DNA of 64,000 nucleotides from Cetorhinus maximus. Its lineage: Eukaryota. The notes below the pieces were generated by a model. It worked only from the letters and a program-made list of their open reading frames with translations, did no database searches and had not been told where the DNA came from. Shown piece after piece: positions 1-12,649 of this stretch. The position numbers were made by a program, and so were the translations under genes. Positions within the stretch are counted from its first letter, which is position 1. The number at the start of each line of letters is the position of its first letter. The stretch is taken from contig NC_135880.1 of NCBI RefSeq assembly GCF_964194155.1, positions 205,902,001-205,966,000 of the forward strand, read 5' to 3'.

Positions 1-536
1 CCTCATCCTTTAAAGAAAGCAGTGATACTGCAGCCTAAACAACCTAGCACAGCAGGTTGATAAGAGTGTAATAAACTTGTCACTGTTACTAGAACAAAAA
101 TATCTCCCTGTTGCAGGTATGGAAACTTCTGCATCATCAAACTTGGCAAACTCCCAGCACTGGGGCAGTTTTTTTTTTACTTAAGGCAAATTGGTCAGGA
201 ACTGATGACCCCAGACACTTGTCGACGTGGCAACCGACCGCTGCAGAAATGTTTAATATTTAATTTTATTTCTCGTGTGGATTGGTATTTTAAAATTTGG
301 TTGGTTTATATGTTCCAGAAGCAGGAGGCCTGTGGAGACATTCCTGAGATCGACTGGGAGCGGATCCGCGGTCTCTTCCCTCCCCTCAGGCCCCGGGCCC
401 CAGGCCGGGCGGCCACCGGCAAACCCTCCTCCCGGCCGGGACAAGCACAGGCAGCACCGCCCCTCTCAGCGGCAGCAGCTTCGAACCATCGTTACCAGCC
501 CCCGCACCTCGGCCCCTCTCCTCTCCCCCCTCTCAC

Positions 537-600
537 CTCCTGAGAGCCGCCGATTCCCGGAGCCCGGCCCCTTGTCCTCAGCACCACCCACCGTTGCCAT
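537..600 (-). CDS. Candidate first exon of an unidentified gene running off the left edge
   Basis: ATG at 600, MATVGGAEDKGPGSGNRRLSG, strong donor GAG|GTGAGA at 536; could equally be a non-coding 5'UTR exon. Confidence 0.35.
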
Positions 601-606
601 AGGAAC
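593..606. promoter_or_regulatory. RFX X-box in a GC-rich island
   Basis: GTTGCCATAGGAAC, a near-palindromic match to the RFX motif GTTNCCATGGNAAC, inside a CpG-rich tract of about 350-630. Confidence 0.6.
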
Positions 607-654
607 GGCCTGCGGGGGGCGGGGGAGCCTCAGTTACAATCCAATTACACCTCA

Positions 655-1610
655 TTCCCCCACTGATTTTTATATCACTACAACTTCATTGAGGACTCTC
701 AGTCCTTACCCTCACCACCATCTGTCTCTAAATTATTATCAGGCTGCTTTGTCCAACATCCAGGGCTGGATGAGCAGAAATTCCCTCTAATTAAATATTA
801 GGAAGATCAGAACCAAGTGTCTTCACCCCCTCCACCGCCCCCCCATAAGGTATTACATTTGCTCCCCTCCCGCCCGCTACAAACTCCGCTCCCTCGCCAC
901 CTGACTTTGTCTCTCTCCTTGTTAACTGTCTGAGGCTGAACCAGACTGTTTTTCCAACCTTGGTGTCGTTTGACCCCGAGATCAGCCTCTAACCTCAGAA
1001 ACGCGCCACCACGAAGACCACCTGTCGCCGCCTCTGTAACATCGCCCCTCTCGATCTGTCCCTGCCTCAGCTCATTTGCTACTGCAAATCTTATTCATGC
1101 CTTTGAAATGCTAGACTTGGCCATTCCAACACCCTCCTGTGAATACTCTGCCCTCAGTAAACTTAAGACCATCCTAAACTCTCTTGCTTTTGTCCAAACT
1201 CACACTAAGACCTATCCCTGTGCTTACTCAGCTATATTGGCTCCCAGTTAAGCAATGCCTCAAATTTTAAAATTCTCATTCTATTTTCAAATCCCTCCAC
1301 AGTCTTGCCCATCTGTATCTTTGTGATCACCTCTAGCCTCATAGCCCTGTGAGGTATCTACACACCTCTAATTCTGGCCACAAGCATCCCCAATTTTAAT
1401 TCCTCCACCATTGATTGCCATGTCTTCAGCTGCCAATGCCCTAAACTCTGGAATTCCTCCTTAAAACTCTTCACCCTCCTTTAAGACACTCTTTAAAAAC
1501 TACCTCTGGCCAGCTGTCCCAATATCACATGTGGCTTGGTGCCAAGTTTTGTTTTCCAATACTCCTGTGAAGCACCTTGGGATGTATTATTATGTTATTA
1601 TGTTATGCAT
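655..1610 (+). mobile_element. Degenerate L2-clade LINE, 3' portion
   Basis: Decayed post-RT peptide (LSNIQGWMSRNSL*LNIRK) and L2-type 3' end CCTGTGAAGCACCTTGGGATG. Confidence 0.65.
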
Positions 1611-2200
1611 GTTACCTATCCCAAATTGCCCTTGAACTGAGTGGTTTGCTAGGCCATTTCAGAGGGCATTTAAGAATCAATCACATTGCTATATTAATGC
1701 AACTTGTTTATGGCCTTTCAAAATTTCTGGGGCTTACAGCAACCTCTAAATCCACAGAAATATAACACACTTCCTTCATTTCTGAGCTTCTCCTTTGGCT
1801 AACTTTTCTTAGCCTGGAACTAAACTGTGTAAAGGTATAGATGGAAGTGTAAGAAAGACCTGTCAGCATTAACTTATTCAGAAAGTAAGGTGTCTTTCTT
1901 CTGGAATTAAATACACCACATAGATCAATGTTCCTGACTTGAGACCTGTCTTGAGGGTCTCCACACTGATAGAACTGCTTATTCAAAAAAGTAAGAGTTT
2001 TCTATATACTTCCCTTTGAAATTTAAATTAAACTTCCATGATGCACATATCTTGAAATAACCATTCAACTACCTCACATTCCATGTTAGCTTTGACACAG
2101 GTAGTTTAGGGTGGCCTGACCAAAACACAACCAATTGGCCATGGTTACACAGAAAACCAGGAAAAAGACAACACTGAATCCAAATAATGCTGATGTTAGC

Positions 2201-2460
2201 TGTTACGAACAGTCCCTGGGCGAGGTCCCCCAATTTGTTAACTTCCGAAACGGGACCCCAATTTTGTTATGCTCCCGGGTGAGGAGGAATGAGCTAGCTC
2301 CCCATCTTTATTCAACCTCCTTGGTTGGTCGCAGCAAGGCAAATTTGAAAGGGATCCCTTCTTCCGTGGGTACCTTTTTCCAGTCCAAATGTATTGATTC
2401 TTTTTAGAAGGAGCCAATTTAACCAGGTTTTCTTGAATCAAAGAAAGAGTAAGTTTATTA
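2201..2460 (-). mobile_element. Truncated LTR (3' 260 bp), same family as 19170-20281
   Basis: Reverse complement aligns by eye to 20025-20281, including the terminal GTAACA; cut at its AATAAA by the CR1 tail. Confidence 0.8.
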
Positions 2461-5400
2461 TAAGAACATAAGGGCATAAAAAATAGGAGCAGGAGTATGC
2501 CATCCGACCCCTCAAGTCTGCCTCGCCATTCAATAAGATCATGGCTGATCTGCCCCAGGCCTCAACTCCTCTTTCGTGGCAGCTCCTCATAACCCTCAAC
2601 TCCCCCATATGTCAAAAATCTATCTACCTCCTCTTTAAATACTTTCAGTGATCTAACCTCCACAACTTTCTGGGGTAGAGAATTCCAAGCATTCACGACC
2701 CCCTGAGAGAAGATATTCCTTCACATCTCAGTTTTAAATGAGTGTCCCCTTATTCTGTAACTACGTCCCCGAGTTCGAGATTTCCCCCACTTGTGGAAAC
2801 ATCTTCTCAACATCTACCCTGTCAAGCTCCCTCAGAATCTTATGTTTCAATGAGATCACCCTTCATTCTTCTAAACTCTAATGAATGAAGGCCTGACCTG
2901 TTTAGCCGTTCTTGATAAGTCAACCCCTTCATCCCAGGAATCAGCCTAGTAAATCTCTTTTAAACTGCCTCTAACGCCAGTATATCCTTTCTTAAGTATG
3001 AGGACCAAAACTGTACACAGTACTCCAGGTGTGGCCTCACCAGTTGTAACAAGGCGTCCCTATTTTTAAACTCCAACCCCCGAGCAATACAGGCCAAAAT
3101 TCCATTTGCCTTCTTAATTACTTGCTGCACCTGCATGCTAATGTTTTGTGTTTCATGCACAAGAACACCCAGGGCAGGATTTTCCCCCTACAATTAAGGC
3201 CCACCCAGCATGACCCATTAATCCCGACTCTCTGTCTTCTGCATGTTAACCAATCCTCAAACCATGCTAATACATTACCTCCAATACCGTGAGCTTCTAT
3301 CTTGTGCATTAACCTTTTATGTGGCACCTTATCGAATGCCTTCTGGGAATCCAAATACACTACATCTACCAGTTCCCCTTTATCAACTCTGCTTGTTATA
3401 TCCTCAAAGAACTCTAGCAAATTTGTAAAACATGACTTCCCTTTCACAAAACCATGTTGACTCTGTTTGATTGCGTTAAACTTTTCTAAATGTCCTGCTA
3501 TTTCTTCCTTAATAATGGACTCTAGCATATTCCCAACGACAGATGTTAGGCTGACTGGCCTATAATTTCCTGATTTTTGTCTCCCTTCTTGAACAGGGGT
3601 GTCACATTAGCAGTTTTCCAATCTGCTGGGATCCTCCTGGAATCCAGCAAGTTCTGGAATATTTCAACCAATGCCTGAACTATCTCTGCAGCCACTTCCT
3701 CTAAAACCCTTGGATGCAGGCCATCAGGTCCTGGTGACTTGCCTGCCTTTAGTCGCATTAGTTTGTCAAATACTTTGTCCCTCGTGATAGAGACTGTTAC
3801 AACATCTTTCGTCCCAATAGCTCCTTGTTTATCTGATATCTTTGGGATGTTTATAGTGTCCTCCACCATAAAGATTTATGCAAAATATTGGTTTAAATTA
3901 CCTGCCATTTCCCTGTTCCCCGTTATCAATTCTCCAGTCACATCCTTCAAGGGTCCCATGCACATTTTAGCCACTCTCTTTTTATACACCCGTAGAAGCT
4001 CTTGCTGTTTGTTTTTATATTTCTTGCCAATTTACTTTCATAATCAATTTTCTCTTTCTTTATTAGCTTTTTAGTCATCCGCTGCTGGTTCCTAAAAAAT
4101 TCCCAATCCTCTGGCCTACCATTACTTTTTGCCACTTTGTATGCTTTAATTTTTGATTGGATACTCTCCTTGACCATCTTTGTTAACCACGGGTGGTTCA
4201 TCATTCTGGTTGAGTCCTTTTTGACCGAGATAAATTTTTGCTGAGCGTTATGAAATATCTGCTTAAATGTCTGCCACTGCTCATCCACTGACCTTCCCCT
4301 CAGTTTATTTGCCCAGTCCACTTTAGATAACTCTTTCTTCATACCTCTGTAATTGCCCTTATTTAAGTTGAGGACACTGGTTTGAGACCAAAGTAGCTCA
4401 CCCTCAAACTGAATTTGAAATTCTACCATGTTGTGACTGCTACCCCCTAGAGGATCCTTAACTACGATGCCTCTTATTAATCCCACCTCATTACACATTA
4501 CTAGATCTAAAATAGCCTTTTCCCAGGAAGGTTCTGCAACGTATTGCTCTAAGAAACACCCCCTGATGCACTCTGCAAATTCATCTTCCATGTTACCCCT
4601 GCCAATCTGATTTGTCCTGTCAATATGTGGATTGTAATCACCCATGACAATTATAGCGCTCTTCTTACACACCTCCATTATTTCCCAATTTATACTTTGT
4701 CTTAGAGTGAGGCAACTCTTCGGGGCCTATAGACAACTCCCACCTGTGACTCCTTCCCCTTGCTTTTCCTTATTTCCACCCAAACTGATTCCACATCACA
4801 ATCTATTGCACCTATATCACTACTTACCAGCACACTGATATCTTCCTTTATTAACAACGCTATCCCACCTCCTGTTCCTTTGTGCCTATTTTTCAAGAAC
4901 GTTGAATACCCTTGAATATTGAGTTCCCATTCTTGGTCACCCTGCAACCACGTCTGTGTAATAGCTATCAAGTCATATTAATTTATTTGTATTTGTGCCA
5001 TCAACTCATCTATCTTGTTACAAATGCTGCATTCATTCAGATTAAGAGCCTTGAGCTTTGACTTTTTACCATTATTGCTCATTTTGGTTCTGGTTTCTGT
5101 TGCACTCTTCTGCTTATATTTTCTGCCCCTTTGATTATCGTTTGCCTCTTCACTAGCCCGCACCTCTGTTCTCTTATTTCTTTTTTAAACTTCTCTGCAA
5201 TTGAACCCTCCCCTCTACTAATTATTTTAAAGTCCCATCGGCAACCCTAGTTATACAATTCGCCAGGACACTGGTCCCAGCATGGTTCAAATGAAGCCCG
5301 TCCTAACGGAACAGCTCCCTCCTTCCCCAGTTCTGGTGCCAGTGCCCCATGAATTGGAACCCATTTCTCCCACACCAACCTTTGAGCCACGCATTTACCT

Positions 5401-6340
5401 CTCTAATCTTATTTACCCTATGCTAATTTGCACGTGGCTCTGGTAGTAATTTGGAGATAATTACCTTTGTGGTTCTGCTTTTTAAATTAGCCCCGAGCTG
5501 CTTGTAGTCCCTCAGCAGCATCTCTCTCCTAGTCCTACCTATGTCGTCGGTAGCTATGTGGGCCATGACAACTAGATCCTTCCCCTCCCAGTCCTCTCCA
5601 GTCCAGAAGAGATGTCCTTAACCTTGGCAGCAGGTAGGCAACACAGCCTTCGGTATTCTCCGTCTTTGCTGCAGAGAACAGTATCTATTCCCCTAACTAT
5701 GCTATCCCCTATAACTACTAAATTTCTCTTTTCTCCCCCACTTGAATGGTGCTCTGTAACCATGGTGCTGTGGTCAGTTCGTTCATCCTCCCTGCAGTCT
5801 TTGCCCTCGGGAGCAAGAACCTCATACCTATTGGACAAGGGCACTGGCTGAGGCTCCTTCAAAGCTAAATTTTGGATCCCCATACCTGCCTCACTCACAG
5901 TCACACCTTCCTGTCCCTGATCACAGTCAAAATTTGATGTAATTAATCTAAGGAGTGTGACTGTCTCCTGAAACACAGTGTCCAGGTAACGCTCCCCCTC
6001 CCTGATGTGTCGCAGTGTCCGCAGCTCGGACTTCAGCTCATCAACTCTGAGCCGAAGTTCCTTGAGCAGCCAACACTAGATGCAGATGTGGTCACTGTCG
6101 ATCGCACTGGTGTCCATCACACCACATACTACAGCTGCAACACGTCGCCTGCCCAGCCATCTCTATTTTATTTAATTAATTAATTTGGATGTTAAATGTT
6201 TTAAAAGTGAATTTCTTAACTGTATTCTTCAGCTGTAATAAAGTCCCCTGTTTTAAACTACTTGGCCAATCAAAAAAGGCACAGAAGAGATACCCACCAA
6301 TCACCTACTTCTTTTCCTTTGAGATCACACTTCGGCTCTG
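2461..6340 (-). mobile_element. Near-full-length decayed CR1-type LINE (ORF1 esterase plus ORF2 APE/RT) with an internal RT deletion
   Basis: ORF1 LVVIGDSIVRGID (SGNH/GDSL); APE VMGDYN; KSPGPDGLHPRVL; YLDSQKAFDKVPH; [12 protein letters not shown]; the PQGSVLGP-FADD segment is missing at about 3170-3215; short-repeat tail at 2461. Confidence 0.92.
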
Positions 6341-6343
6341 ACA

Positions 6344-6495
6344 TTTTTTTTGAAGAATATACTTTATTCATAAAATGTCTGAAAGAACATTACAAAACAT
6401 TTCTAAATCGCCATCACAAAAAGTGCAATCAGATTCAACTTTTACACATGGATCACGAGGTGCTTCAATACAATCAATGAATATTACAATCATAC
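6344..6495 (-). mobile_element. 3' end of a poly(A)-tailed non-LTR element (L1/Tx1-like)
   Basis: - strand reads TATGAATAAAGTATATTCTTCAAAAAAAA. Confidence 0.45.
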
Positions 6496-7364
6496 CCTGG
6501 TCAGTGGAATTCAAAATGGCTCTTTCCAGCTTCGGTTTCTGTAGATAGCAGGTTTAAGCACAAGTGCTGGAGGCTTCTCACAATTCTGTTAGATCTTACA
6601 ATACCTTCCCCTGACACATCGCCTCCTTCTCCTTTATATGTTTCATCGTTTTTAATATGTAAATTCCATTGTTTCCATGTCCTTGGAACTTTACCTTTCT
6701 TATAATGTAAATCTTTTCATGTTGCTATTATTCTCATTAGCCTCTTTGAAATTCAAATCTCCCTTCATCTACCTAAAAATGCAAATTTCCTTTACACCTT
6801 ACATGCTAAGACCCCAGCTGTGTTTACTCATTAGCATATTAAAGATACTTCTGCACCTTACTTCTTTTGATAACCTAACTTGCAGTCTGTTTGGCTACAA
6901 AATGTAATTGAACACAGACAGAAAAACACAACCCCCATTAACCTACTTTACAATAAACCAGAAAAATATTATGAAAATTATTATACTCTCATGACAGTTC
7001 TTCCCTGGAACATTGACCATTTGAGAGTTGAGGGAACAGGACCTGGTGTGGGGAGATGGTTTTTGGCCATCCCAACAAAGTGTCCAGTTCATTGACGTTG
7101 ATTTTGTAGTTTTACTTGAATGCTTGTGTACCTGGCTTCAAGAAGGACACTACCATTTGTTGACAGTCCTTCCACTGAATCAAGAGGATGTGACAGGAGC
7201 ATTGCTGATGGAATTTCTCTACTGCTCATATGTGTTGCTGATGTGCAGTCCAGGTCTCACTGCAGTCCAGGAGCACGGTGACAACTGCTCTGTAGACTTG
7301 ACTTTTGTTGACTTGCAGAAGTCTTTGCTGTATGATGAATATTTAGTTCATGGTAATATTTTAG

Positions 7365-8350
7365 AGACCATGTTTGGTTCTGGGAAGATTACTGTTTATT
7401 CCCAAGAACAGCCAAAGAAAATGGCAGATCAGAAGTTTCCCATGTTTGTTTAATAGAGTTAGAATAGAAGAGATGGAGCCATAAAACAGCAAGGGTGGGG
7501 GGCTTACTAAGCTGGAGACATGATATCTACACTGCTTGCATTCCAGAGGTGCTTTGTTTTGGGAGTTAGAGCTAAATTAGTTTAAAAGCATGTAGTGAAC
7601 CCCGAAAGACTAAATTGTCACGGAAATGGATGGAGCTACAGGAGGTTCTCTGGTTTCAATTTATGTGTACTTGCTGGGAGGGGCAGCTCACAGAGAAGTC
7701 CTGCGAACTGTTTCCAGGCTCCAGACAGTTAGGGTTCAGTGACATCCTGGGAGCCATTTATAGCTTAGTGCAGCCAAGGGACTGGAGGTCAGACAAACCC
7801 AGGGACAGGACTAACTTAGTGAAGCTAAGCAAAGCAAGCTGCAAAAGATTTGGAGATGTGCTGATAATTAGAGACAGGGCTATGGCTTTTTAAATCCTCT
7901 GGAACAGCATCTCCAGAGAAGCGATTCAGCCAGCAGGAGGTCATTGAGGCAGTCTTGAGTGACTTTGAGCGAATTCAGAGGCTAGATCTTAAAAGTGAAG
8001 AGCTGCAATCCCTCATGAGGAATTTTAACAAAAGTTTGTGACTCAGTGGTCACTGACATCTGGACGTGTTGCTGAGAAATCTGTGGGGAATCTGTCTTAG
8101 TTGCATCTGCCATTTAATGTGTATCGTGGCATGTTTGATCAGTTTTTCTGTTAATTCATATTTATCTCATGTTAATCATGTTAGAGTGTAATATAGATAT
8201 CAATTGTTTTACTTTTGTCTTTGTATACTAACATTTATTTTGCTTTCAATCAAGGAATCTTGTGGCTTTATTCTGCTAGTGGATAACCAGGATTTCAAAC
8301 TTTGTCTTTTTGTTTCAAGTTAATGGTCCTTAACCAGATATAGTTATCAA
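7365..8350 (+). mobile_element. Possible old LTR-like repeat
   Basis: Purine-rich body, T-rich 3' part and an end resembling ...TTAACCAGATATAGTTATCA; no TSD found. Confidence 0.3.
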
Positions 8351-8978
8351 ACACTTGCTGCCATAGTTTATAGCAGCTGTATGAGTGCAGCTGATCCGTT
8401 TAAGACACTCCTCAGAGCCCACTCTTTCCTAGTATCTTGATCATTAGCTTGTATCATTTGTTTGATTACACTCAAGGCACCTTAGGATTTGTTCCTAGAA
8501 TCTATGAATAGTTATTGTTTGTAAGACATTTCAAAACAAAGGAATTATTGATATAATTGGTTGCAAATACAGACAACTGACAGTTCTATGGGGAAACCAG
8601 CCTTGGTAAACAATTGAATACCCACTACCAATCTAATATGTTGAATTCACTGCCCAAACTGCTTCACCTTTCTCCTTTTCAAAACCCACCTCTCTGATAT
8701 CAAGCTTTGGGACACTTGTCCCAATATCTCCTTGTGTTCAATGTCAAATTTCAATTCCTGTGAAGCACCTTTGGGATGGTTAAAGGTGAGATGTAAAGGC
8801 AAATTGTTGTTAGATAAAGAACCATTTTAAAAATTACACCACCTTTATTATTAATTTAAAACAAGACTTGACAAGAGATTTCAAAGATTGCTGCAATAAT
8901 GGAAGGTGTGGATTCATTTTACCCAGTCTAATTTTTGATGGTCAAAACACACACAACCATTTGCTGTTGCAGGCAGAG

Positions 8979-8984
8979 TTTATT
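8979..8984 (-). terminator. REXO2: Likely REXO2 polyadenylation signal
   Basis: AATAAA on - strand followed about 25 nt downstream by GU-rich GGTTGTGTGTGTTTTG; an alternative AATAAA lies at 9345-9350. Confidence 0.6.
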
Positions 8985-9535
8985 TTGAATAAAAATAATT
9001 GCACTTTCAATGTTCATTTTTTTTTATTTCATGGCACAGTGCTAACAAAAAGTTGAGGCCGAGTAAAACAATTTACTGAGGGCTTTTACAATGACAGTCA
9101 ATCAGAACTTCTTTATCCCTTTCCACGGTCCTATGTACACCAAACATTTCAACACATGATTAAAAAATTAAACCAGTTTCTGGCGAGATGATTCATTAAG
9201 CAGCTCGAGATCAACAAAAAAAAACCAAACCAGAAAGTCACACCATATGAAGTAATATAACAATTACTTACAATATGGAGCTTAACCAAGCACTCTCTCC
9301 CAGGAAGATATGGAAATTAGAAACTTAAGCAGAAAGATATCAGATTTATTATGCAGTATTTAAGTGGACGAATTTCATTAAATTAAAAGCAGCTGTGCTC
9401 TAAACTAATGCTGTTGTGCTGATTTATACGTCAAAGGCTCAAATTAAAAGAAACAAAATTAAGCCTTAACTAGCTTCATTACAATTAATCAGCAAAGCCT
9501 GTAACTAAAAAAGACTAAACACTACAGAAAGAAAT

Positions 9536-9756
9536 AAAAGCATAAAACTGCAGATGCTGGAAATCTAAAACAAAAACAGAAACAGAAATACCTGGAAAAA
9601 CTCAGCAGGAGTGGCAGCATCGGCGGAGGAGAGCACAGTTGACGTTTCGAGTCCTCATGACTGTTGAAGGGTCATGAGGACTCAAACGTCAACTGTGCTC
9701 TCCTCCGCTGATGCTGCCAGACCTGCTGAGTTTTTCCAAGTATTTCTGTTTCTGTT
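9536..9756. mobile_element. Penelope-derived miniature fold-back element in the REXO2 3'UTR
   Basis: Inverted arms 9575-9661 and 9671-9756; 15-bp TSD ACTACAGAAAGAAAT (9521-9535) / ACTACAAAAAGAAAT (9757-9771). Confidence 0.88.
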
Positions 9757-9913
9757 ACTACAAAAAGAAATTTAGACACTCTGCTTTTAACTGTTATGCA
9801 TCACAAAAGAGCTTATTTTCAAGTGGCCAAACTTGATTTTAGAGCAAAATACTGTAAACAAACATCAAGTTTGTTGGGAGAGCTTCCTGGGTGTCCCAGT
9901 CTGTCCCTTAGCT

Positions 9914-10049
9914 CTAGCTCTCTTGCTTATTATCATCGCCATTTTCTAGGTGAGTCTTCCTCTTCTTCTCATCTGCTTTGGTTTCTTTAAATATGTGTGT
10001 CCTGTAAAACTGGAGCTCTTTGATGCTTGCACGGATGTCATCTAATGCT
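9914..10049 (-). CDS. REXO2: REXO2 coding exon 7 (terminal)
   Basis: [44 protein letters not shown]; completes the HRALDD ExoIII motif of DEDDh oligoribonucleases; total CDS 834 nt. Confidence 0.96.
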
Positions 10050-10527
10050 CTGAAAAGTAAGCGATATGGCTTAAGAACTAGAATTAGTTCATGTAATTAA
10101 ATTACTAAAAGCCTGCAAAATAATGCACTTTGGTGGGTAGTTTTCTCAGCTTTCTTCTGTCTCTCAAAGGCAAAGGGTTCTAAATTATCAGCACAATTGT
10201 ACAAGGTAGTTATTTGTCGACTATAAACTTGTCCACAATCACTGTCTAGGCTATTTAACCAGAGGACATCACAACCAAGCTTGATAACAAGTTTCAAACA
10301 AACGAAGACATTTGGTGCTCATGTGCTCCATTTCTGCACTAAGTCCAAGTTAGTCTACTTTCATCTACATTAAGCTGGTGTTTCAGCATTTTACACCTTT
10401 AATAATGCCACCAAGATCTTTTCTTATGTCAACTTTATGGCCTTCCAGAATAGGACTGCAAAAAAGTGCAGCCATCTAGAAGCAATTGTGTAGAATGTCA
10501 TGAGACAGAAATATGGATAAATACTAT

Positions 10528-11360
10528 CCAAAACAAAAATAAAAATACCTGGAAAAACTCAGCAGGTCTGGCAGCATCTGCGGAGAGGAACACAGTTAAC
10601 GTTTCGAGTCCATATGACTCTTCAACAGAACTAAGTAAAAATAGAAGAGAGGTGAAATATAAGCTAGTTTAAGGGGTGGGGGGGTTGGGGGCAAGTAGAG
10701 CTGGATAGAGGACCAGTGATAGGTGGAGATAGCCAAAAGATGTCACAGTCAAAAGGACAAAGAGGTGTTGAAGGTGGTGATATTATCTAAGGAATGTGCT
10801 AATTAAGTGTAGAAAGCAGGACAAGTAAGGTACAGATAGCCCTAATGGGAGTGGGGATGAAAGGAAGGGATCGAAATAGGCTAAAAGGTAGAGATAAAAC
10901 AATGGACTTAAAAATAATGGAAATAGGTAGGAAAAGAAAAAAAAGTATATAAATTATTGGAAAAAAAAAGGGGGGGGGGGTGAAATCGGAAAGGGGGTGG
11001 GGATAGAGGAGAGAGTTCATGATCTAAAATTGTTGAACTCAATATTCAGTCTGGAAGGCGGTAAAGTGCCTAGTTGGAAGATGAAGTGCTGTTCCTCCAG
11101 TTTGCGTTGAGCTTCACTGGAACAATGCAGCAGGCCAAGGACGGACATGTGGGCATGAGAGCAGGGTGGAGTGTTGAAATGGCAAGCGACAGGGAGGTCT
11201 GGGTCATGCTTACGGACAGACCGAAGGTGTTCTGCAAAGCGGTCACCCAGTCTGCGTTTGGTCTCTCCAATGTAGAGGAAACCACTTTGGGAACAACGAA
11301 TGCAGTAGGCTAAATTGAGGGAAGTGCAAGTGAAATGCTGCTTCACTTGAAAGGAGTGTT
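10528..11360 (-). mobile_element. Penelope-like element, 3' fragment (GIY-YIG endonuclease plus pseudo-LTR), in REXO2 intron 6
   Basis: ORF 11017-11379 FTCTSLNLAYCIRCSQSGFLYIGETKRRLGDRFAEH...LNIEF. Confidence 0.92.
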
Positions 11361-11590
11361 TTGTTACACTTTCAGCCACTGTAAGTCAGAAGAGTAGAGA
11401 GTTCTTTTTCACCTACCTAGCTTTCAGAGATAAAAGGGTCACAGTGCTGGCATTATCTAATTTTCAAGGAAGTCTACTTATTTGTGAACTATATTTGAAT
11501 TGAAGTTCCATGGCTAAAGAGATTTTAACAAACTAGCTTACTGAAATTCTATTATTCCTCCAAATAGTTGCAATGGCAGGCATTACTCAC

Positions 11591-11644
11591 CGATGCAATG
11601 CTTTCTTCTTTGGTGCATCTTCATATTCATCTGGATACCAGCGT
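11591..11644 (-). CDS. REXO2: REXO2 coding exon 6
   Basis: RWYPDEYEDAPKKKALH(R); CAG acceptor, GTGAGT donor; 54 nt. Confidence 0.96.
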
Positions 11645-12301
11645 CTGAAAATAACAAAAGCAAATAATGAACATGTAGATCTTGATGAAGATTTGAACCG
11701 GATAGAAGTGCAAACCTTTGAGCTTATGGATCAAATGGGAAAAAAATCAATTGAATAGAACTATAGCTCTTACAACACAGTTGTGAGCAGGGGAAATAAA
11801 GCCTTGGAGAATCAACACTTGATTCTTGAAGCAATCCTCTGCAAATTCCATTTTGATGCCACAAAAGAATAAAAAAAAGGGAACACAAGACTTTCTCCCC
11901 AGTAGCCGAATTTTCCATTTAGATTGGAAAATTTCAAATTGAGTGGCAGAACAGGCTCAAGGGCCTGAATGGTAAAGGATCAGGGGTAAACCAAAAAGCA
12001 AGCCTACGTTTTAACTATGGATCCGAATATTTTCCTGTGTTAACGTTGCAGTCAATCAGGAACCTTGCCATATGCAGTATGTCAACTATAACAGAAACCT
12101 AGATGCACATGTGTTGCAAGTGAGCCATACTCTTATGCAGTGGTGACCTAGTGGGCTCCAATGAAAGTCAGCAGCACGGCAATTTAAAAATAAAGTGCAG
12201 TGCTCCCAAGTTGCTAGAGATGCTCTCATTTCACATTGTATTTTAATACAGTTGCTACTCAGTAATAAGCAAAATTTTGAATAAAACAGCAAACTTTTTA
12301 C

Positions 12302-12410
12302 CTGCATAATTCTTTGATGGTGCTGACATCAATTATTCTGTAATGCAAATGCTTCATGAACTGTGGCATATACTTATCCAGAAACTTTTTATCAGCATGT
12401 ACTGAATTTC
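12302..12410 (-). CDS. REXO2: REXO2 coding exon 5
   Basis: (G)[35 protein letters not shown](R); TAG acceptor, GTAAAA donor; 109 nt. Confidence 0.97.
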
Positions 12411-12649
12411 CTAGAAATAAATGTTTAGAACATGAATCTTCTGCTGCATTACACTTTTCCCTTATGAATTTTCTGCTCTCCTCTCCTGAAGGATGCCAAC
12501 TCATGCAAGCGTACGTTCCAAATGCCTGCAATTCCTGTAATTCCTCTTTGATAAATCAAATTTCAGAATGGCTAAGGTGGTCCAAATATTGTGAGCAGGC
12601 CCATAATGCTGGCAGAAAAAGCTACTTCCACAATACAATTTTGATCCTT

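Noticed and set aside
205-790. + strand ORFs of 112 and 171 aa
   Set aside because: Pro/Ser-rich products of a GC-rich island running into an L2 relic; no recognisable domain
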